From contig OZ244197.1 in the NCBI GenBank assembly GCA_965216785.1, positions 256,001 to 320,000 of the forward strand: a stretch of 64,000 nucleotides of DNA, given 5' to 3'. Below, piece by piece: positions 56,893 through 64,000 of the stretch (position 1 is its first letter; each line of letters begins with the position of its first letter). Under the pieces are notes generated by a model. That model did not search any database, was not told the origin of the DNA, and saw only the letters and a program-made list of their open reading frames with translations. Source of the stretch: Thermodesulfobacteriota bacterium. GTDB lineage: Bacteria > Desulfobacterota_D > UBA1144 > Nemesobacterales > UBA2774. The translations under genes were made by a program, and so were the position numbers.

Positions 56893-59800
56893 TTAAGCTG
56901 CCCTTTTTGATCCGTGCTCTCTGAGATTCTCAATAATCACATAAAAAACCGGCACTACAATCAAGCTAAGCATAGTGGAAAGAATCATACCGCCGAACAC
57001 CGCCGTTCCTAGAGAATGCCGGCTTGCAGCCCCCGCCCCTGAGGCTATGACGAGCGGGAACACACCCAGGATAAACGCGAACGCCGTCATAAGAATTGGA
57101 CGGAGCCTGATCATCGCGGCCTGCATGGCGGCATCTGTGATAGAGAGCCCCTCTTCCCTTCGTTGTTTAGCGAACTCTACTATTAGGATTGCGTTTTTAC
57201 TGGCGAGACCTATTAACATTACTAGCCCAATCTGACAGTAAACGTCATTTGAGAGCCCCCTTAGGTACTGTGCGAATACCGCGCCCAGAAGCGCAAGCGG
57301 AACTGCTAGCATTACCATAAACGGCATGGCCCAGCTCTCATACAGGGCCGCAAGGAAAAGGAATACGAATACGATAGACAGCGCGAAGATCAGCGGCGCC
57401 AGGTTCCCAGCCTTTATCTCCTGATAGGACACCCCGGACCACTCATATCCCATCCCCTCAGGCAATATCTCGTCAGAGAGCTTCTCCATGGCTGCTATAG
57501 CCTGCCCTGAGCTGTACCCCGGGGCAGAGTCGCCGTCTATCTCTGTAGAGCGGTAGAGGTTATAGTGGCTAATAGTCTCAGGACCTACGATCTCACTTAT
57601 CTCAATGAGCGTACCGAGAGGAACCATCCCCCCAAACTCGCTCCTTACGTAGAGCCTGGAGATGTCCTCAGCCGTCGTCCTATAACTGTCCTCAGCCTGA
57701 ATGAACACCCTGTACACCCTGCCGAACTTATTAAAATCATTCACATAAAGAGAGCCCAGATATGCCTGCAGGGTGTCAAACACATCTGTTATGCTGACGC
57801 CTTGGGTCTTTGCTTTTGTACGGTCAAGGGTGATGTAGATCCCGGGGACGTTTGCGGTAAAAGTGCTGAAAAGGCCGACAAGCTCATCGCTCGCATTCCC
57901 TTTCTCGACCATCTCGCCCATGATTTCAGCCAGCTTTTCAAGTCCTAAGTCTCCCCTGTCCTGAAGCTCGTACTGAAAACCACCGGTCGAGCTTAGGCCT
58001 TGGATAGGCGGTGCGTTAAAGGGGACGATAATAGCGCCCTGAATTGAGGCGAACTCCTTTCTCGCCTGCGCAATCAGAGCGGTCACTCCGAGAGACTTCT
58101 TCTTTCTCTTGTCCCACGGTGCGAGCACCGCGAACATAGCGCCCGAGTTTGAATCAGAGCTTGAGGTAAGAAAGTTAAGCCCGACGATCTGAATCACGTG
58201 ATCAACACCCTTCATGTTCTTTAGCATTTCATAAGCTTTTTCCATAGTTTTCTGGGTCCGCTGAAGGGAAGCCCCCTCAGGCCCCTGGACATTAACGATA
58301 AAATAGCCTTGGTCTTCTTCGGGCACAAACCCCGTCGGGACAATGGTGAACATAAGGTATGTGCACACCATGAGCACCGCGAACACAGCAACCACGATCT
58401 TCCACCAGTCAGTAAGATACTGAAGCCACTTTTGGTAACGGTCCTTAAACCAGTCAAAACCCTGGTCGAATTTCTTATATAGGTAGAATTTCTCGCCCGT
58501 TGTTTTCCTTAGGAACAGCGCGCAAAGAGCGGGACTCAACGTCAGCGCGTTAATAGTAGAGATACCGACAGCGCATGCGATAGTGAGCGCGAATTGGCGG
58601 TATAGCTGTCCAGTAATGCCGGGCATGAAAGAGACGGGGACAAACACGGCCATCAACACGAGCGAGGTAGCCACGATCGGGCTTGTAACCTCTTTCATGG
58701 CGGCGCTTGTGGCCTCTTTTGAAGAGACCCCCTCCTCATCAATTAACCTAGAAACGTTCTCAACCACGACGATTGCATCGTCCACCACAAGACCGATCGC
58801 CAGCACTAGGCCGAAAAGAGTAAGCGTATTTATAGAAAAACCCAGGGCGTTTATGAGTGCGAACGTACCTATCAATGACACAGGAATAGTGATCGCGGGA
58901 ATAAGAGTCGCCCTGAAATTCTGAAGGAATACGAACACAACTATGAATACGAGTATGAAAGCTTCAAAGAGGGTGATAATCACCTCTGAAATAGAGGCTG
59001 TTACGAACTTTGTAGTATCGTATATGATGGCGTAATCAACACCCGAGGGGAAGTCTTCCTTAAGATCCTCCATCTTGGCCCTGATTTCAGTAGCAACATT
59101 AAGGGCGTTTGCGCCGGGAAGCTGGTAGATACCGATGCCCACCGTCTGACCGCCGTCGAGTGTAGCCGAAGTCTCGTAGTTCTCGGCGCCAAGATCTACC
59201 CGGCCTATGTCGCTTATCCTGACTACCGAGCCGTCCGGATTTGCTACGACGATTATGTCCTCGAACTGCTCTACGTTTTCAAGCCTGCCGAGGGTCGTTA
59301 TCGTGTACTGAAACTGTTGGCCTTCGGGTACGGGGGGCTCGCCTATCGAGCCTGCGGCCACCTGGGTGTTTTGCTCCGAGATGGCGTTTGTAACGTCTGT
59401 AGCGGTCAGGCCCAGAGATGCGAGCTTATCGGGATCCATCCATACGCGCATCGAGTACTCGCGCTGGCCCCAGATGGTTATATTCCCGACGCCCGGGATA
59501 CGCTTTAAGACGTCTGAGATGTGAATGTCTATGTAGTTACTTAAGAATAGGTCGTCCCTAGTGCCGTCGGGGGAGATCATGTTTACCGCGAGAATAAGGC
59601 TCGTCGACTGCTTATCAACGGATATACCGTACTGGCTTACCTCCTGGGGGACTCTCGGTGTAGCGAGCTGTACTCTGTTCTGGACGTCCACGGCGGCGAT
59701 GTCCAGGTCATAGCCTATCTCAAACGTCACGTTAAGGGACATAGTGCCGTCGTTTGAGCTGTAGGACTGCATGTAGGTCATGCCCTCAACGCCGTTTACC

Positions 59801-60003
59801 TGCTCTTCAATAGGGATGGTTACGGTCTCTTCGACCACCTCGGCGCTCGCTCCGGTGAACGTGGCGGACACGTTTACCGTGGGGGGGCTGATCTCGGGGA
59901 ACTGGGCAATGGGGAGTATAGGGATAGAGATACCGCCTATAAGTGTTATCAGGATTGCTACTACGGTAGCTAGTACGGGGCGGTTAATAAAAAAATCAAC
60001 CAA
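56893..60003 (-). CDS. HAE1-family RND efflux permease (AcrB/MexF-like)
   Basis: FFINRPV, QFPEISPP, VDDAIVVVE, KNAILIVEFA and RLRPILMT; proton-relay residues intact. Confidence 0.97.
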   Translation of the reverse strand: MVDFFINRPVLATVVAILITLIGGISIPILPIAQFPEISPPTVNVSATFTGASAEVVEETVTIPIEEQVNGVEGMTYMQSYSSNDGTMSLNVTFEIGYDLDIAAVDVQNRVQLATPRVPQEVSQYGISVDKQSTSLILAVNMISPDGTRDDLFLSNYIDIHISDVLKRIPGVGNITIWGQREYSMRVWMDPDKLASLGLTATDVTNAISEQNTQVAAGSIGEPPVPEGQQFQYTITTLGRLENVEQFEDIIVVANPDGSVVRISDIGRVDLGAENYETSATLDGGQTVGIGIYQLPGANALNVATEIRAKMEDLKEDFPSGVDYAIIYDTTKFVTASISEVIITLFEAFILVFIVVFVFLQNFRATLIPAITIPVSLIGTFALINALGFSINTLTLFGLVLAIGLVVDDAIVVVENVSRLIDEEGVSSKEATSAAMKEVTSPIVATSLVLMAVFVPVSFMPGITGQLYRQFALTIACAVGISTINALTLSPALCALFLRKTTGEKFYLYKKFDQGFDWFKDRYQKWLQYLTDWWKIVVAVFAVLMVCTYLMFTIVPTGFVPEEDQGYFIVNVQGPEGASLQRTQKTMEKAYEMLKNMKGVDHVIQIVGLNFLTSSSDSNSGAMFAVLAPWDKRKKKSLGVTALIAQARKEFASIQGAIIVPFNAPPIQGLSSTGGFQYELQDRGDLGLEKLAEIMGEMVEKGNASDELVGLFSTFTANVPGIYITLDRTKAKTQGVSITDVFDTLQAYLGSLYVNDFNKFGRVYRVFIQAEDSYRTTAEDISRLYVRSEFGGMVPLGTLIEISEIVGPETISHYNLYRSTEIDGDSAPGYSSGQAIAAMEKLSDEILPEGMGYEWSGVSYQEIKAGNLAPLIFALSIVFVFLFLAALYESWAMPFMVMLAVPLALLGAVFAQYLRGLSNDVYCQIGLVMLIGLASKNAILIVEFAKQRREEGLSITDAAMQAAMIRLRPILMTAFAFILGVFPLVIASGAGAASRHSLGTAVFGGMILSTMLSLIVVPVFYVIIENLREHGSKRAA

Positions 60004-60039
60004 AATAAATCTCCTTAGGTTTTATAATAAAGCGCTTAT

Positions 60040-61260
60040 CTACTTCTTATCATTGCCCGTGGGCTTTGGTGAAGCCGAAGGTTTTTCTTTCATTTCTTTT
60101 GCCTTGGCCTCTGCCTGAGCTTCGGTCTCGGTCTTAACGGTGAGTCCGGGCTTAATCCTCTGAAGCCCGTCTATGACTACCATCTCGCCTTCTGTAAGAC
60201 CCTTTTCTATGATCCGCTCCTCCTCGACTGAAGAGCCCGCGGTTACGGCCCGGAACTCGATCTTATTGTCCTTTCCGACGACGTAAACGAACGTATCGCC
60301 CTGCTGCTCACCCACAGCATTTTGGGGTACGACTATAGTGTTCGGGCGCTCTTTTAATAGAAGCTTTACCTTCGCGTACTGGCCCGGAAGAAGAGTCTTG
60401 GCAGAGTTTGGGATAATGGCCCTCATCTCCACGGTGCCCGTCGTGACGTCGATCTGGTTGTCTATGAAATCCACCTCTCCGTCTTCTGGATGGGTGCTGC
60501 CGTCTGATAGGATTATGCTCGCCGTAAGCGGCTTTTTATTCTGCTCCGTAAGCACCTGTGTGGTGTCGCGCTCGGCGACGCTGAAGTATACGTATATGGG
60601 GTCCAGCTTTACCAGGGTGGCAAGCTCGGTTGCCTCGCTCGCCCCTACAAGGTTCCCCACGTCCACCATACGCCTTCCAATGCGGCCGTCAAAGGGGGCA
60701 TTCATAGTACAGTAGCTGAGGTTAAGCTCGGCCTGTATCACGTTTGCGCGTGAGGCCTCTACCAATGCCCTCGCCTCTTTAGCCTGGGTTATAAACTGGT
60801 CGTATTCGTCCCTCGTTACGTAGTCTTTTTCCACGAGCGGCTCATAGCGTACCACCTGCTCCTTAGCGTAGGAAAGCGCCGCAAGGTTTTCGGCAAGCTC
60901 GGCCCGGGCCTCAAGCAAAGAAGCCTCAAAGGGCCTAGGGTCTATGACGAATAGAAGGTCCCCAGCCGAAACGTCAGAGCCGTCAACGAACGCTCTTTCT
61001 ATTAAGAAACCCTCGACGCGGGCGTTGATCGTAACTGACTCGATCGACTGCGCGAGCCCGACGTACTCAAGGTAGATGGGGACGGTCTCTTTTTTCACCT
61101 CGGCCACGGTCACGAGAGGCGTCGGCATCTTCTGCTCCTTATCCCCCTTGCCGCACCCTACCGGGACGATCAGAGTTACGAGCAGGCCAAGCACTAAAAA
61201 TAACGTAAGTCCCGCGCCCACCCATTTAGAAGCTCTAAATTTCTTACCTAGATATTTCAT
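60040..61260 (-). CDS. RND periplasmic adaptor (membrane fusion protein)
   Basis: ARVEGFL, GDLLFVIDPRPF, APFDGRIG and LLPGQY motifs. Confidence 0.95.
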   Translation of the reverse strand: MKYLGKKFRASKWVGAGLTLFLVLGLLVTLIVPVGCGKGDKEQKMPTPLVTVAEVKKETVPIYLEYVGLAQSIESVTINARVEGFLIERAFVDGSDVSAGDLLFVIDPRPFEASLLEARAELAENLAALSYAKEQVVRYEPLVEKDYVTRDEYDQFITQAKEARALVEASRANVIQAELNLSYCTMNAPFDGRIGRRMVDVGNLVGASEATELATLVKLDPIYVYFSVAERDTTQVLTEQNKKPLTASIILSDGSTHPEDGEVDFIDNQIDVTTGTVEMRAIIPNSAKTLLPGQYAKVKLLLKERPNTIVVPQNAVGEQQGDTFVYVVGKDNKIEFRAVTAGSSVEEERIIEKGLTEGEMVVIDGLQRIKPGLTVKTETEAQAEAKAKEMKEKPSASPKPTGNDKK

Positions 61261-62752
61261 CCGTAGTCTCCAATTCCTCTACTTGTTCTACTTGAACTTC
61301 TTCTACCTCTATCTCGGGCGAGGGTAGCTCCGTACCTATGGCATTGATCAGATCCGCATAGGAGGTAAATACCGAGGTTTTCGCCCCTACCTGCTCGGCG
61401 CGGGCCTCCGCAAGCAGCGTTTGTGCGTTAAGCAGCTCCACTATGTCACCCACTCCCGAACGGTAACGGGCAAGTGAGGCGTCGTATGACTCAATTGAGC
61501 TTTCGAGCAGTGTAGTCGCCGCGTCGAGCGATTGCACTGCCGTCCTGAAATTGTAGTAAGCGTCCCAAACTTCTTCTATGACAATCTGCTCCTGAAGCCT
61601 TAGCGCGGCGCGCGCGGATTCAAGCTCAGCGTCTGCTTCACGTACAGAGTTGATTATCGTAAACCCTTGAAAGATAGGCATTGTGAGCTGAAGACCGAAA
61701 AGATAATTTGTGAAAAAGTCGTCTGATCCTCCGTCAGGTCTCACCCACCACCTAAACGCCTGCGCGGTAGCTGAAATCTCGGGAAAGAACTCGCTCCTGG
61801 CCTCCCTTAATTCGGCCTGTCTCTCCCTTACTGTAGCCTGTACGGCGGCGACATCGGGTCTGTTTTCCATTGCAAGGTCTATGAGATCGTCAACGTTATC
61901 CGATAGGGCCTGCGCGGGGAGATCGTCAATGTCCTGCGCCACATCAAAATCGGTATTAGCGGGCCAGCCTACGTCGGTCGCAAGCTCTCCCCTGAATATT
62001 TCTACGTTCCCTCTGTCCTCAACTAGATCGAGCTGGACCTGGGAGAGAGTCGCCCGTGCCTGGAGCACATCGGGAAGCGTGCCCACTCCCGCCTCCAGCC
62101 TGAGCTCGGCGGCCTCGAGGCTCGTCTGGGCCTCTTCCATGTTAACCTCATCAGCTATCACAAGCGCTTTACTGCCAATGTAGTTATAGAAAGAGACCGC
62201 CACTTCATTAATTACGTCCTGTATAGCCTGGTTCTGGTTCCAGTTGGCGTTCATTAGAGCCATTTTTGCCGCTTCGACTTCAGCCTCCCTGCCGCCAAAA
62301 TCAAATAGCAGATAGTTTAACGTAGCGCCTACGTTTCCCGACTGCTCATCGAAAGCGCCGATCCCTGATGTTGAGCCTCCACCCCTTGAATATCCATAGT
62401 TTGCGGTGCCGCTTATTTGTGGATAGTACAGACCCCTTGCCTGAGCCCACGCGGCGGCGGCGGCCCTGGCCTCTTCCCAGGCTTGCTGAGTAGTGGGATT
62501 GTGCACGAGCGCTTCGTCGATGAGCTGAGAAAGTAAAAGCTCATCCGACTGTGGTTCGAGCTCTTCAGGAAGCGTGGGTAATTCCTCAAGAATGAAGGCC
62601 TTTTCACGCTCCTTCGCGCTCGGCTCCCACTCTTCTCCCGGCTCGGGGGAGGCTTGCTCATAGGGGTTAAGCTCGGGAATACCGTCGGCACAGGATTGCA
62701 GCAGAGCCGTAGCAAATATAGTAAAAACTAGAAAAGCTATTAGCCTATACAA
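61244..62752 (-). CDS. TolC/OprM-family outer membrane factor lipoprotein
   Basis: Lipobox LLQSC; two OEP repeats (YYPQIS, LLFDFG, FFPEIS, PIFQG, RYRSGV). Confidence 0.92.
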   Translation of the reverse strand: MYRLIAFLVFTIFATALLQSCADGIPELNPYEQASPEPGEEWEPSAKEREKAFILEELPTLPEELEPQSDELLLSQLIDEALVHNPTTQQAWEEARAAAAAWAQARGLYYPQISGTANYGYSRGGGSTSGIGAFDEQSGNVGATLNYLLFDFGGREAEVEAAKMALMNANWNQNQAIQDVINEVAVSFYNYIGSKALVIADEVNMEEAQTSLEAAELRLEAGVGTLPDVLQARATLSQVQLDLVEDRGNVEIFRGELATDVGWPANTDFDVAQDIDDLPAQALSDNVDDLIDLAMENRPDVAAVQATVRERQAELREARSEFFPEISATAQAFRWWVRPDGGSDDFFTNYLFGLQLTMPIFQGFTIINSVREADAELESARAALRLQEQIVIEEVWDAYYNFRTAVQSLDAATTLLESSIESYDASLARYRSGVGDIVELLNAQTLLAEARAEQVGAKTSVFTSYADLINAIGTELPSPEIEVEEVQVEQVEELETTDEISR

Positions 62753-62896
62753 ATCGAATCTCCAGATTGAGTGAAAGGTTGAGAGTACATAAATGAGCTT
62801 ATATATCTTACTTTGAAACTCTGCAGAATTACACGAAATAATAATATGTTTCCGTGACTATTGTCAAGGAGGGCGTTTTAAGTGAAAAGAGGCGCG

Positions 62897-63211
62897 TTAC
62901 GGGGCCCCTGTATCTTTATTGATCCTGTCTGCTGTTTGCTTGGCGTCGATCATTGAGACGACCACAAGTACCGTGCCCGCAAACCCGTACGCTAGAAATA
63001 AGAAAATATCGGGTCTATCCATTAGTGGGCCGCTTGAGCCGAATACAAGCGCGAACGGCTCGCTGATGAGATAACTAATACCGAAATTAAGGGCGAGAAG
63101 AAGTAGGCCCTTTAGAATCTGGTTATTATATATCTGCCCGAGTCCGGGCAGTACGGCGGAAAGCAAGAGGGCAAGTATGGGATTTTTTAGTTTAGATTTG
63201 TTATTGCTCAT
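62897..63211 (-). CDS. Small membrane protein (TM2/DUF5683-like)
   Basis: KNPILALLLSAVLPGLGQIYN..KG motif. Confidence 0.75.
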   Translation of the reverse strand: MSNNKSKLKNPILALLLSAVLPGLGQIYNNQILKGLLLLALNFGISYLISEPFALVFGSSGPLMDRPDIFLFLAYGFAGTVLVVVSMIDAKQTADRINKDTGAP

Positions 63212-63250
63212 TTAGTGTATGGACTCTAAATTCATTTCATTGATATAGTT

Positions 63251-64000
63251 TCAAGCCGAGGAGCTTATCAGCTTACCCAGCTCTTGACCGGGGTCGGGAG
63301 TCTTCATAAAAGTCTCACCTATGAGAAAAACGTGGACACCTTCGGAGCGGAGCTTGGCAATGTCATCACTTGTGCGGATTCCGCTTTCGGCGACTACGAT
63401 GGTTTCGCCGGGGACTTTCTTGGATAGATTCAATGATACATTCAAATCAACTGTAAATGTTTTCAGGTCTCGGTTGTTTATGCCTATAATTTTAGCCCGG
63501 GCGCTAAGAGCGCGCTCAAGCTCATGTTCGTCATGCACCTCTACCAAAGCGTTCATACCGAGAGCTTCAGTAAGCTCGAGAAGCTCGCAGAGCTCATCCT
63601 GCTTGAGTGCGGCCACTATGAGTAATAAAGCGTCTGCACCGAAGTGCCTGGCTTCATATACCTGATACGGTTTCATTATAAAATCCTTTCTAAGAAGGGG
63701 AATATCCACCGCATTTCTTATCTGACTTAGGTACTCAAGGCTTCCCTTAAAAAACTTTTCGTCAGTCAGAACAGAGAGGGCGGAAGCTCCTGAAGAAGCA
63801 TAGCTTCGGGCTATACGCACGGGGTCAAAATCCTTTGAAATGATCCCCTTTGAGGGTGAGGCCCTTTTTATCTCGGCAATTATTCTAAGGTTTCCGTGAG
63901 GCTTTAGGGCCGCGTAAAAATCCCTAACGGCAGGGGCGCTGCCGAGCCCGTCTGCAATTTTCCCCAGTGGAAAAGTTTTTTCCGACTGCTCGATTTCAAT
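63251..64000 (-). CDS. trpC: Indole-3-glycerol phosphate synthase, 5' end outside the window
   Basis: Frame is open from the window end (IIAEIKRASPSKG); SVLTD, LRKDF, GINNRDL and VAESG motifs. Confidence 0.96.
   Translation of the reverse strand: MEIEQSEKTFPLGKIADGLGSAPAVRDFYAALKPHGNLRIIAEIKRASPSKGIISKDFDPVRIARSYASSGASALSVLTDEKFFKGSLEYLSQIRNAVDIPLLRKDFIMKPYQVYEARHFGADALLLIVAALKQDELCELLELTEALGMNALVEVHDEHELERALSARAKIIGINNRDLKTFTVDLNVSLNLSKKVPGETIVVAESGIRTSDDIAKLRSEGVHVFLIGETFMKTPDPGQELGKLISSSA

Overview
A gene-dense bacterial chromosomal window of mid-range GC, mostly housekeeping genes with short accessory patches. Gene order and content (merR-tRNA-Pro-surE-yqaA, glyQS, zapB-zapA-ygfA-rny, LpoA/TamB/TolC envelope genes) indicate a diderm organism, perhaps Desulfobacterota/Dadabacteria-like; that placement is inference only. 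I found no CRISPR array, transposase, integrase, prophage or rRNA. The most promising candidate for a new system is a PHA storage locus (17.7-21.8 kb). Its class III/IV PhaC is preceded by two small paralogous PhaE/PhaR-like genes built from three copies of one helical motif, one with a Lys/Arg-rich tail, and by an uncalled 35-aa upstream ORF. A PhaB-like reductase and a crotonase face it from the other strand. Other oddities: a tRNA-Pro(GGG) with C instead of the near-invariant U33; a ygfA with no usable start codon and no 6S RNA gap; an FKBP with two in-frame strong-SD starts; tandem cytoplasmic and Tat-exported carbonic anhydrases; a catalytically degenerate KdsC; a 15-Cys two-repeat lipoprotein; an exported thioredoxin/MsrA-like fusion; and recurring promoters with a 16-nt spacer. 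All product calls come from motifs read by eye; no database searches were run.
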